62,980 nucleotides of DNA. It comes from an uncultured bacterium (GTDB lineage Bacteria; Patescibacteriota; Minisyncoccia; Phycocordibacterales; UBA9973). A program made the position numbers and the translations under genes. The notes beneath the pieces were generated by a model. That model saw nothing but the letters and a program-made list of their open reading frames with translations. It had not been told where the DNA came from and made no database searches. The stretch is taken from contig CAIMAO010000014.1 in assembly GCA_903838985.1 (NCBI GenBank), positions 1-62,980 of the forward strand, written 5' to 3'. Positions 53,434 to 61,602 of this stretch are shown in pieces. Numbering within the stretch: position 1 is the stretch's first letter; every line of letters begins with the position of its first letter.

Positions 53434-53721
53434 ATGAAAAAGGCAACATTTCAAATTGGTTTACCAATAACAATATTTAAAGAAGGGAAAAGCTATGTAG
53501 CATATAGTCCGGCTCTTGATCTTTCTACTTCTGCCTCTACATATTTAAAGGCAAGAAGTCGTTTTTCAGAAGTAACCAAAATATTTTTTGAAGAACTTAC
53601 AGAAATGGGCACCTTAGAATCTGTGCTTGCTAGTTTGGGTTGGCAAAAATTAAAAACAAATTGGCATCCACCAGTTGTTGTTTCAAACTATACACAATCT
53701 ATAAATTTAACAAATGCCTAA
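53434..53721 (+). CDS. hicB: HicB-like antitoxin (UPF0150-type N-domain)
   Basis: IFKEGKSYVAYSPALDLSTSASTYLKA pattern. Overlaps the downstream hicA-like gene by 8 nt. Start set at MKKATFQIG. Confidence 0.6.
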   Translation: MKKATFQIGLPITIFKEGKSYVAYSPALDLSTSASTYLKARSRFSEVTKIFFEELTEMGTLESVLASLGWQKLKTNWHPPVVVSNYTQSINLTNA

Positions 53722-53944
53722 AAAGCAAAATATAACTAATAAACAGTTTCAAAAATTTCTGGTATATTTAGGTTGTACTTTAAAACGTTCTCATGGAGAC
53801 CACTTTGTTTATATTCGTTCAGGTTTAATTCGTCCAATTATTATACCGAAAGATAGTCCCTTGCCACAGTTTATTATTAGAAACAATTTAAGATTGCTTG
53901 GTTTAACATGGGAAGAATTTTTTGATATTTTAAATAAATTGTAA
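53714..53944 (+). CDS. hicA: HicA-like mRNA interferase toxin
   Basis: 76 aa. KFLVYLGCTLKRSHGDHFVYI...IIIPKDSPLPQFIIRNNLRLLGLTWEEF fits the HicA/YcfA pattern. Confidence 0.65.
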   Translation: MPKKQNITNKQFQKFLVYLGCTLKRSHGDHFVYIRSGLIRPIIIPKDSPLPQFIIRNNLRLLGLTWEEFFDILNKL

Positions 53945-53960
53945 TCACAGCTTATTATTT

Positions 53961-54182
53961 ATGAATACAAAATATGATAAAATTGCAGATGCACTTTATG
54001 TTAAATTTAAGCAAGGTAAAATTGCCAAGACTCTTCGTCTTGAGAATCATCTAATAGTTGATTTAGATAATAAGTCAAATATTTTGGGAGTAGAACTTCT
54101 CAACGCTAAATCTCAACTTGCACCAGCATTTATAAAACAATTTTTTGGAAAAGATATCGTTAAACAAATTGCTTTTGCTTAA
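53961..54182 (+). CDS. DUF2283-family small protein
   Basis: YDKIADALYVKF...IVDLDNKSNILGVELLNA matches the DUF2283 pattern as I recall it. Confidence 0.6.
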   Translation: MNTKYDKIADALYVKFKQGKIAKTLRLENHLIVDLDNKSNILGVELLNAKSQLAPAFIKQFFGKDIVKQIAFA

Positions 54183-54187
54183 GTATA

Positions 54188-54276
54188 GTTTCTCAAAACT
54201 CAAAATTGAAAGCCTGATTGACTCAATCAATTCCAAAAACCCCGATCGCAATTTAAAGCGATGGGGTTTTTTGCGT
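54188..54276 (+). repeat. 88-nt cassette-boundary repeat, copy R4
   Basis: Starts 5 nt after the DUF2283 stop. Four differences from R3, including one extra T. Confidence 0.9.
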
Positions 54277-54302
54277 TTTTATCTGTATGATATAATAAAA
54301 TT

Positions 54303-54506
54303 ATGGAAAAAGATTTTGACGAATGGAATAATTTAAAGAAAACAACCAATAACTTGGATATTAAAATAAAAATTCGTGTAGGCGAAATTCGTTGGTAAGG
54401 TAGAATTCTTGATAAAAAAAGGCTTGAAGAGAAATTATTTGAAATATCAGAAGCAGAACTTGAAGAAATAAAGAAATCTTACTGTAAGCTTATAATGTCA
54501 AATTAA
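54303..54506 (+). pseudogene. Remnant of a PemK/MazF-like toxin gene (internal deletion plus in-frame TAA)
   Basis: MEKDFDEWNNLKK...IRVGEIRW-stop (TAA 54396) continues in the same frame as GRILDKKRLEEKLFEISEAELEEIKKSY. The central SH3-like barrel is missing. TATAAT lies 6 nt before the ATG. Confidence 0.4.
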
Positions 54507-54527
54507 TTCTGTTTTTATAGAAATACC

Positions 54528-54551
54528 AAAGGCCGTCTTTCGACGGCCTTT
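54528..54551 (+). terminator. Hairpin terminator closing the cassette region
   Basis: aaaggccgtc-tttc-gacggccttt: a perfect 10-bp stem. Confidence 0.6.
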
Positions 54552-54689
54552 GAATGGGTTACCCCAACTTATATTAAAAATATAGCAAAACACTTATGTT
54601 TGTCAAGAATTTTGTAATATTTCCATATTTGGTGCGTCTATGTTAGTATAATTGGTATTTATTATAAGTTTATTAAGTCTTAAAAAACT

Positions 54690-55184
54690 ATGGAAAATAA
54701 AGATAGTAAGGAAATGATGAAATATGTTAACTATGCGATAGGGGCAATAGTGATTATTTTAATCGTTGTTTTGGTGGTTTTAAAGGTCCGAAGTTCTAAA
54801 GAAGCAGCTTTGAATGAGGTTGCTCCAGTGGTTGTAGACACTACAAAGGCCACAGAAGACACAAGCAAAGGCAGTGTGAACTCTGGCAGTAAAGCAAAGC
54901 CTATGAGCTATGCTGATGCTTTAATAAAGTATGCTGATAAGAGAATTCAGCTTGATAAAGATTGTCAGGCTTTCCCAAACAATGTCACTTATAAAGACAA
55001 TACAGGCATAATGATAGATAATCGTGCACCTGTAGCTCGTACAGTAAAAATAGGCACAGAATATTCTGTCAAAGCTTATGGTTTCAAGATTATTGTTTTA
55101 CCTGATACATATCTAAAATCAAAAACTATTTTAGTTGATTGTGACAAATCTCAAAACGTAGCAACTATCCTAGTACAGGAATAA
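54690..55184 (+). CDS. Membrane-anchored protein, function unknown
   Basis: 164-aa ORF with a single TM helix AIGAIVIILIVVLVVL. Confidence 0.4.
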   Translation: MENKDSKEMMKYVNYAIGAIVIILIVVLVVLKVRSSKEAALNEVAPVVVDTTKATEDTSKGSVNSGSKAKPMSYADALIKYADKRIQLDKDCQAFPNNVTYKDNTGIMIDNRAPVARTVKIGTEYSVKAYGFKIIVLPDTYLKSKTILVDCDKSQNVATILVQE

Positions 55185-55205
55185 AAAAATAATTATTGTT
55201 TTTTC

Positions 55206-55240
55206 AAAAAGTGGAGAACTGAAAAAGTTTTCCACTTTTT
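55206..55240 (+). terminator. Intrinsic terminator
   Basis: aaaaagtgga...tccacttttt (10 bp) followed by tttttgtttt. Confidence 0.65.
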
Positions 55241-55243
55241 GTT

Positions 55244-55273
55244 TTGACAATTTCATTGTTTGGATAATATAAT
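55244..55273 (+). promoter_or_regulatory. Consensus promoter TTGACA-18 nt-TATAAT
   Basis: TTGACA at 55244-55249 and TATAAT at 55268-55273. The ATG at 55283 is 9 nt downstream. Confidence 0.6.
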
Positions 55274-55282
55274 TTATTCAAT

Positions 55283-55927
55283 ATGGAAAAAATAAAAAAA
55301 ATATTGGCTCACAAGATTTTTAAAATAATTAAGTGGGTTTTTTTAATTTTACTCGGATTGTTTATTATTTTGATAATCGGTCGTGTGATCTATCGCAACA
55401 ATGAAGAAAAGACCAATGAACAAGTAATAAAAATTCACAATACCAAACTCACGCTAGATGATGTAATGGGTAAAAATCTTCCGCCAGATCCGAGAGCCCT
55501 CGCTGATAAGACCGTGCAGGGGATTGATGCAAATAAAAATGGCATTCGTGATGACGTTGAGCTTGCAGTCTTTAAGGAATATCCAAATTCTGCCAAAACT
55601 CGCGCTGTGCTTTTGCAGTATGCACTAGCATTGCAGATGGAGGTTGTACAGCCGATGGTGAACACAACGACAGCAACAGAAATAGTTCGTGAGCAAGATA
55701 GGGCTGGTTATTGTGTCAGTGATACTCTTGTGCCCAGAAAAAGTTCTGAAGATTCAAGAAGCAATGCAGATATGGAAAAAATAAATGGTTTTATTAATTT
55801 TGTTGAGAATAAGCAATTTAATAATAAAGAACGTAAAGAAATGAATAATACTTTTTTGAAGAATCTAAGAAGTTACTCAGATTTAGATAAAATTTGTGAT
55901 GTAGATTATAGTAAATTATTAAATTAA
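55283..55927 (+). CDS. Membrane-anchored protein with an EF-hand/dockerin-like Ca-binding loop, function unknown
   Basis: TM helix WVFLILLGLFIILIIG. The loop DANKNGIRDDVE fits D-x-N-x-N-G-x-x-D-x-x-E. Confidence 0.4.
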   Translation: MEKIKKILAHKIFKIIKWVFLILLGLFIILIIGRVIYRNNEEKTNEQVIKIHNTKLTLDDVMGKNLPPDPRALADKTVQGIDANKNGIRDDVELAVFKEYPNSAKTRAVLLQYALALQMEVVQPMVNTTTATEIVREQDRAGYCVSDTLVPRKSSEDSRSNADMEKINGFINFVENKQFNNKERKEMNNTFLKNLRSYSDLDKICDVDYSKLLN

Positions 55928-55948
55928 AGGTTAATTTAAAATATTTAT

Positions 55949-58900
55949 ATGAAGAATAAGATATTGTTTATTTTTATTCTAATTTGTTTGTTTTCTATTT
56001 GCGTTAAGGTTTCAGCAAATGAAATATGTTCTCCAACAGGGTATAGTGTTGTTACGGTCAATGGTATATTTACTGATGAAAAGGGGGCGAAATATAATAA
56101 AAATCAATTATCTTATAAACTTGCGGCAACCTATAATAATGAACCGATAAACATTGATTATCTGTACAACCAAACCCACCTTCTCGGTGTTGGGGATTTG
56201 ATTGATGCTGTAAATCAAGGACTTTTTGACCAAAAATCTGATTATGATTTGGTGGAAATGATAAATGATGCAAGTCAAAAAGTTAAAACCCAAAAACTTT
56301 TACTCGTTTCTCATTCACAGGGTAATTTTTACGCAAATAATTTTTATGACAAAGTAGCAGATCAACAAGGTGGTGTTCCTTCTAAATCTATTGGAGTTTA
56401 TAGTGTTGCTTCTCCAGCAAATCGTGTTGCTGGCGGAGGAAAATATCTAACTTCAGATACAGATAAAGTCATAGCTTCTGTGGTGGGTCGTTTCATCAAA
56501 ATTTTACCACCAAATATTCATATACCTTTGCAAGAAGCCGATGGTAATGGGCATAGTTTTTCAGATGTTTATTTAAAATATCAAAGTGATAGGATTATTT
56601 CTGATATAAAATCTTCTCTTAATAATTTAAAAGAAAATGATGAACAAGAGGCAGATCAGCCTTGTATTTCTGCACCAGAATTGACAATAAATCATAAAAT
56701 ACAAGGTGTTTTATTGAATTCTGCAGATTTTGTAATAAACAATACAAAAAGTGCGACAGTGTATGCCGCAAATACTTTATATAATACGACGCTAGCTGTG
56801 GGTAATGTTGTGAAAGGTTTACTAGCCACAGCTGTAGAAAGTTTACCAAATACTAAAAGTGTGACTACGTTGCCTGTTGTTGTCCCAGAAAATAAAAATA
56901 CAAATGTTGCAAACCAAAATATTCCAAAAGAAACGACAAAAGTTGTTGATAAAAATATAATTAAAGAAACAAAAAATACTGAAACAACCAAGGTAGTAAA
57001 AGTTGCTGATGTTTCTCCAGTTTTAGACAAAAAAGATGTTTTGAGCAACGTCATAAAACCCGTTGTTTCTAATGTTGTTTCTTTTGGAGGCGGTGGAGGT
57101 GGGGGGAGTGTCGTCGTCGTTCAGCCAGAAGAAAAACCAGTAATAAAAGATGAAAAGAAAGATGATCCAGTAGTGCCACCACCAGTAGAACCTGTTCCAG
57201 ATGTCACTTCACCGGTCATTACTATTTTAGGGAATAACCCAGAAGTAGCAATTACAAATTCTGTTTATGTTGATGCTGGAGCTACTGCCCTCGATGCTGT
57301 AGATGGTGTGCGTGAGGTGGAGAGTACTGGCACTGTTGATACATCTAGAAGAGGAAGTTATATCATTATATATAAAGCTTCAGATAAGTCTGGAAATATT
57401 GCGACAGCTACTCGTACGGTGAATGTTGCAACTTATAAATATGTTCCTAAATATAAATTTGGCCTAGATAATGGTGATGGTAATTATTGGCAGAATTGGG
57501 CATTTAATGGATCAAATGTTTATGATTGGGCTGACAGTTATGTAGATAATTATTTACATGAACAATTTAAAATTCAAACTTATGCTGGAGGTTTTTGGTG
57601 TTCGCAATGTTTACAGCGTGGTGTTTTTAAACATAATCCTCAAGAAGGTTTTGAAAGATCAGATCTCTTAACTTCTGGTCTTGAAAATAATCCACAAAAT
57701 AATGAAATTGATATGATTTACAATGTTGTTATTCAATGGGATTCTGCTGGTTATACTTATAAAATTACAAATGGTGATAATGTTTATGCGACAGGACGCA
57801 CAGATGTTGCGAATTTAAATAAAGATATGTGGGTCGGTTGGGATGGTTCCTTTAATGATTTTAAGAATTTTCCTGCAGGAAATTGGACGGGTTCTTCTGG
57901 TTGGTACCCATTTGGTCTCACAGGCGGGGGAAGTATGATTTTGCAACCATTTCCAATTTATAAAGAGCCTACCTCTGCAAGTCCTTCACTTTCTCTTATA
58001 AATAAAGGTGTATATGCAGGAGTAGGTGTGACGCCGACATATGGTAGGACGAATTTAACAGCATTTAATTTTCAAGTAATTTATACAGATAAAAATAATA
58101 TTGCACCACAAAATGTAAAACTTCATGTTGTTAACACAGTTACAGGGTTTTCTTTTCCAGAAGTTTCGATGACAAAGATATCTCAGGGCGGGGATGTTTT
58201 AAGTGATGGAAATTTTGCAAACGGAGAAATATATACTGCAAATAATATTTTGTATGACACAGGAATTTATAAATATTATTTTACCGCAAATGATGGTTCT
58301 GGAAATTTGGTAGAAATGCCTTACAACGAAAGATTAAATTTTGGTGTTGTGCCTTCCACTTACACTTATATTCCTCAATATTCTTTTGGGACAGAAAATG
58401 GAGATGGAAATAATTGGCAAGTTTGGTCTTTTAATGGATCAAATGTCTATGATTGGTCAGACACGTATGTTGATAATTATTTGCATGAACAATTTAAACT
58501 TCAAGATTATCCTGGGGGATTTTGGTGCTCGCAATGTTTACAAAGAGGTATATTTAATCACGATCCACAAAAAGGTTTTGAAACTTATGATCTTCTCACG
58601 TCTAATCTGGAACACAATCCACAGAATAATATGATTGCCGTTACTTATGATGTATCTTTGCAATGGGACGCAACTGGTTATACATATACTATTTCTCATG
58701 ATGCTACTGTTGATGCCACTGGCCATACAGATGTTGCAAACGTGAATGAAAATATGTGGGTTGGCTGGGATGGATCGTTTAATAATTTTAAAACTTTTCC
58801 TTCTGGACGTTGGCAAGGTGCTTCGGGCTGGTATCCGTTTGGTTATACAGGTGGGGATAGTATGATTTTGAAACCTTATCCAGTTTATGTTTATTCTGGC

Positions 58901-59581
58901 CCCATTCTTAGTAAACAAAAGTCTGTTACTTCTTTTAATTTTATGAATTTAGTTCCAGAAGTTGACGGAGTTCTTGATGAAAATAATCATACTATTTCTA
59001 TGACTGTTTCATTTGGGACAGATGTGAAAACTCTTGTGCCGACTATTGGAATTTCTCTAAGTGCGTCTGTTGTTCCAAATAATAATGTTGTTCAAGATTT
59101 TACTAATCCTGTCACTTACACCGTTACAGCAGAAAATGGTTCTATACAAAATTATATTGTGACAGTAAATGTTGCTCCAGATCCAAACCCAGTACCTGCA
59201 CCAGTTCCTGATCCCGTTCCAGCTCCAGATGTTACTCCGCCTTCTATTACAAGTTATACACTTAATGGTGTTGCTGATAATGTGACAATAAATCCAGCTA
59301 AAACACCTGTTTCTGTTGTTTTAAATTCTAGTGAAAATGTAAATTGGATGTCTATAAAAATTGAAAATCAGAATGATATAGGAATTTACAAAACATTTCT
59401 GTCTGGAAATGGTTGTGTTGATGGTACGAATACTTGCAGTAAAACTTGGGATGGGGCTTTGACTAAGGGAGATATTCAAAATGGTGCTTATCATATTAAA
59501 GTTCACATGAAAGATCCAGCAAATAATGAATTTAATGATTATATTCTCCCTTATGTAATAAATGTAGACACTTCTATTTAA
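55949..59581 (+). CDS. Giant secreted protein (1210 aa): lipase-like alpha/beta-hydrolase head, Pro-rich linkers, Ig-like segments, duplicated ~190-aa Trp/Cys-rich module
   Basis: Signal peptide. LLLVSHSQGNFY nucleophile elbow. PVITILGNNPE...DAVDGV Ig-like segment. Tandem modules begin near nt 57431 and 58358 (NGDGN.WQ.W.FNGSNVYDW.D.YVDNYLHEQFK...GGFWCSQCLQRG). Confidence 0.5.
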   Translation: MKNKILFIFILICLFSICVKVSANEICSPTGYSVVTVNGIFTDEKGAKYNKNQLSYKLAATYNNEPINIDYLYNQTHLLGVGDLIDAVNQGLFDQKSDYDLVEMINDASQKVKTQKLLLVSHSQGNFYANNFYDKVADQQGGVPSKSIGVYSVASPANRVAGGGKYLTSDTDKVIASVVGRFIKILPPNIHIPLQEADGNGHSFSDVYLKYQSDRIISDIKSSLNNLKENDEQEADQPCISAPELTINHKIQGVLLNSADFVINNTKSATVYAANTLYNTTLAVGNVVKGLLATAVESLPNTKSVTTLPVVVPENKNTNVANQNIPKETTKVVDKNIIKETKNTETTKVVKVADVSPVLDKKDVLSNVIKPVVSNVVSFGGGGGGGSVVVVQPEEKPVIKDEKKDDPVVPPPVEPVPDVTSPVITILGNNPEVAITNSVYVDAGATALDAVDGVREVESTGTVDTSRRGSYIIIYKASDKSGNIATATRTVNVATYKYVPKYKFGLDNGDGNYWQNWAFNGSNVYDWADSYVDNYLHEQFKIQTYAGGFWCSQCLQRGVFKHNPQEGFERSDLLTSGLENNPQNNEIDMIYNVVIQWDSAGYTYKITNGDNVYATGRTDVANLNKDMWVGWDGSFNDFKNFPAGNWTGSSGWYPFGLTGGGSMILQPFPIYKEPTSASPSLSLINKGVYAGVGVTPTYGRTNLTAFNFQVIYTDKNNIAPQNVKLHVVNTVTGFSFPEVSMTKISQGGDVLSDGNFANGEIYTANNILYDTGIYKYYFTANDGSGNLVEMPYNERLNFGVVPSTYTYIPQYSFGTENGDGNNWQVWSFNGSNVYDWSDTYVDNYLHEQFKLQDYPGGFWCSQCLQRGIFNHDPQKGFETYDLLTSNLEHNPQNNMIAVTYDVSLQWDATGYTYTISHDATVDATGHTDVANVNENMWVGWDGSFNNFKTFPSGRWQGASGWYPFGYTGGDSMILKPYPVYVYSGPILSKQKSVTSFNFMNLVPEVDGVLDENNHTISMTVSFGTDVKTLVPTIGISLSASVVPNNNVVQDFTNPVTYTVTAENGSIQNYIVTVNVAPDPNPVPAPVPDPVPAPDVTPPSITSYTLNGVADNVTINPAKTPVSVVLNSSENVNWMSIKIENQNDIGIYKTFLSGNGCVDGTNTCSKTWDGALTKGDIQNGAYHIKVHMKDPANNEFNDYILPYVINVDTSI

Positions 59582-59608
59582 GGCAAGTTTTGTGTTATTA
59601 TAGAAGTA

Positions 59609-59755
59609 ATGGCAAAACATTTTTTAAAGACCTTAATTATATTTATTGGAATGATTGTTTTAGGCCTTATCGGGGTTTATTTAGCAAGCAATTATGATAA
59701 AGATGCGAATCTAAATAATACAGCGGCAAGTAACAAGATCCAGATTGCAAAATAA
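59609..59755 (+). CDS. Possible 48-aa single-TM protein (below the ORF-track cutoff)
   Basis: ATG 59609 encodes MAKHFLKTLIIFIGMIVLGLIGVYLASNYDKDANLNNTAASNKIQIAK. Supported only by the ORF and a hydrophobic helix. Confidence 0.25.
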   Translation: MAKHFLKTLIIFIGMIVLGLIGVYLASNYDKDANLNNTAASNKIQIAK

Positions 59756-59775
59756 AATAAATATGTTATGCTATT

Positions 59776-59921
59776 GGTACCGCAAAGAAAGTAGGTTTAT
59801 CTATATTTAGATAAGTAAATCCTATTTAGTGGGTCGATATTCGCCGAAGAGGCGAAGAATTACTTGCGGCGAAAGCCCGCCTTGACTTGCGAGTCAATGA
59901 GCGAGGCAGGCCGTTTTTTTT
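59776..59921 (+). promoter_or_regulatory. Structured leader with terminal intrinsic terminator upstream of rplJ (candidate L10 leader/attenuator)
   Basis: Long-range helix ccgcaaag/cttgcgg. Hairpins ttatcta/tagataa and ttcgcc-gaaga-ggcgaa. A G/C hairpin gcccgcc...ggcaggc contains ttgact-tgcg-agtcaa and is followed by T8 (59914-59921). Confidence 0.5.
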
Positions 59922-59953
59922 GTTTATAAAAAATATTGGTATAAAAAACAATT

Positions 59954-60436
59954 ATGTTACAAAAATCAAGAAAAGAAGAGATGATAAAAGGCCTAGAAAA
60001 GGCAATCAAAGAATCTGAATCTGTAGTTTTTGTAAACTTTCATGGATTAAAAGTTGGCGATGAAACAATTCTTCGTCGAGGTTTAAGAGATCAAGGAGTT
60101 GATTATAAAGTATCCAGAAAGACATTACTAAAACGTGCACTTTCCAAAAAAGCTGAAGGAGAAATTCCAGAGCTTTCTGGTGAAGTTGCTATAGCATATT
60201 CAAAAGATGAGGTTGCTTCTTCTCGCGAAATTTACAATTTTCAAAAAGCTCACAAAGGTGTTTTAGAAATACTTGGCGGAATTTTTGAAGGTAAATTTGT
60301 GAATAAGGATAAGATGATAGAAATAGCTACTATCCCATCTAGGGAAGTATTACTTTCTAAAATTGCATTCTTGCTTAAATCTCCTATGCAACGTTTAGCT
60401 ATCGCAGTTAATGAAGTTGCAAAGCTTCGCCCATAG
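59954..60436 (+). CDS. rplJ: 50S ribosomal protein L10
   Basis: Typical L10 length and pattern (VFVNFHGLKV..LR..LR..G...KV.K.TL). Directly upstream of rplL. Confidence 0.9.
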   Translation: MLQKSRKEEMIKGLEKAIKESESVVFVNFHGLKVGDETILRRGLRDQGVDYKVSRKTLLKRALSKKAEGEIPELSGEVAIAYSKDEVASSREIYNFQKAHKGVLEILGGIFEGKFVNKDKMIEIATIPSREVLLSKIAFLLKSPMQRLAIAVNEVAKLRP

Positions 60437-60491
60437 GGGCTATAGTCGAGGGGAGAAATAATTATTAAAAGTTTATTAATATAAAAAATAT

Positions 60492-60860
60492 ATGTCAAAA
60501 TTTGATTCATTTATGAAAGACCTTGAAGATGCATCAGTTCTAGAATTGAACGATCTTGTAAAGGCAATAGAAGAAAAGTTTGGAGTATCAGCTGCTGCTG
60601 TCGCTGCTGTCGGACCTGCAGCAGGTGCTGCAGCTGAAGTAGAAGAGAAGGATTCATTTACTGTTGTTCTTACATCAGCTGGTGAACAAAAGATTGCTGT
60701 TATGAAAGTTGTGAAAGAAGTTTTGAGTCTTGGTCTTAAAGAAGCAAAAGATTTAGTTGATGCCGCTCCTTCAACCTTAAAAGAAGGAATGAAGAAAGGT
60801 GAAGCTGAAGACTTTAAGAAAAAGATTGAAGAAGCAGGAGGCAAGATAGAACTTAAATAA
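60492..60860 (+). CDS. rplL: 50S ribosomal protein L7/L12
   Basis: Ala-rich hinge [15 protein letters not shown] and C-terminal [19 protein letters not shown]...EAGGKIELK. Confidence 0.95.
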   Translation: MSKFDSFMKDLEDASVLELNDLVKAIEEKFGVSAAAVAAVGPAAGAAAEVEEKDSFTVVLTSAGEQKIAVMKVVKEVLSLGLKEAKDLVDAAPSTLKEGMKKGEAEDFKKKIEEAGGKIELK

Positions 60861-60871
60861 TTAACAAATAT

Positions 60872-60983
60872 AAAAAACCAAGAACAAGATTTTTGTCGGT
60901 ACGGATTTTTTGAAGCTTAAAAAATCCTGAAATTCTCGCACCGTCGCGCTCGAAACCCCTTAAAAATCTTTTCTTGGTTTTTT
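60872..60983 (+). repeat. Family-A nested-hairpin element, copy A2, acting as the rplL terminator
   Basis: 22-bp outer stem with a bulged C (aaaaaaccaagaaCaagattttt / aaaaatcttttcttggtttttt) followed by a T-run. 67-nt core; the first 40 nt are identical to A1. Confidence 0.9.
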
Positions 60984-61020
60984 GTTGTTTTTTGTAAAAA
61001 AGGTGGTATTATGTACGCAT

Positions 61021-61602
61021 ATGGAAATTCTGGGCAAAATATTAGGCAATCCGGCAAGGGTGAAAATAATGAGACTTTTTTTGCTAAATTCAAAGACTAG
61101 TTTTAGTAAAAAAGATATTATAAAAAGAAGTCGTGTCAATTCTAGTGCAGCAAGTAGGGAAATTAGACTTTTGTCTTCTATTGATTTTATTAGGAAACAT
61201 ACTACAAATTGGTTTTTCAATCCACTTTTTAAATATGCAAAAGAATTTGATAAACTTTTAGTTGGTGCAGACACTATAGATAAAAAAACAATTGCAGATA
61301 GTTTTAAAAAAGTTGGCAAAGTAAAATTCCTATTAGTTTCTGGTATTTTTATAAAAAACGAAGATACGAGGGTAGACTTACTCATAGTGGGGGATAAAAT
61401 GAAGAGAAATAAAATTGAAGAAGAAATAAAAAAACTCGAAGCTGAGATAGGTACCGAGCTTGTGTATGCTGTATTTGATACTAAAGAATTTATATATAGA
61501 CTAAATATGTATGATAAACTCATTAGAGATGTGCTTGATTTCCCTCATGAAGTTGTCTTGCAAGCTAAAGAGTTATCCACACAATCTTTAAAAAAGAGCT
61601 AG
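61021..61602 (+). CDS. Winged-helix (ArsR/MarR-like) N-terminal domain protein, function unknown
   Basis: GNPARVKIMRLFLLNSKTSFSKKDIIKRSRVNSSAASREIRLL resembles a wHTH. Start set at MEILGKILG (ATG 61021). Confidence 0.4.
   Translation: MEILGKILGNPARVKIMRLFLLNSKTSFSKKDIIKRSRVNSSAASREIRLLSSIDFIRKHTTNWFFNPLFKYAKEFDKLLVGADTIDKKTIADSFKKVGKVKFLLVSGIFIKNEDTRVDLLIVGDKMKRNKIEEEIKKLEAEIGTELVYAVFDTKEFIYRLNMYDKLIRDVLDFPHEVVLQAKELSTQSLKKS

Noticed and set aside
51198-54276. The first 25 nt of the R repeat (gtttctcaaaacttaaaATTGAAAG) look like a CRISPR repeat with the ATTGAAAG 5'-handle, raising the idea of a CRISPR array or crRNA-like genes.
   Set aside because: The copies are 0.8-1.2 kb apart and separated by protein-coding genes. 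The sequence following each copy is constant rather than a variable spacer. No cas genes are present. The resemblance is most likely coincidental.
51198-54276. Integron gene-cassette array with R as attC.
   Set aside because: There is no tyrosine-recombinase (IntI) gene or attI in the window. R lacks the RYYYAAC/GTTRRRY core sites and the long imperfect inverted-repeat structure of attC. Only the cassette-like layout is retained, as a finding.
60476-61523. Antisense ORFs 60476-60844 (opposite rplL) and 60960-61523 (opposite the wHTH gene).
   Set aside because: rplL is unambiguous. The second ORF mirrors the plus-strand gene, has a Ser/Phe/Ile-rich product typical of antisense AT-rich frames, and starts inside repeat A2.
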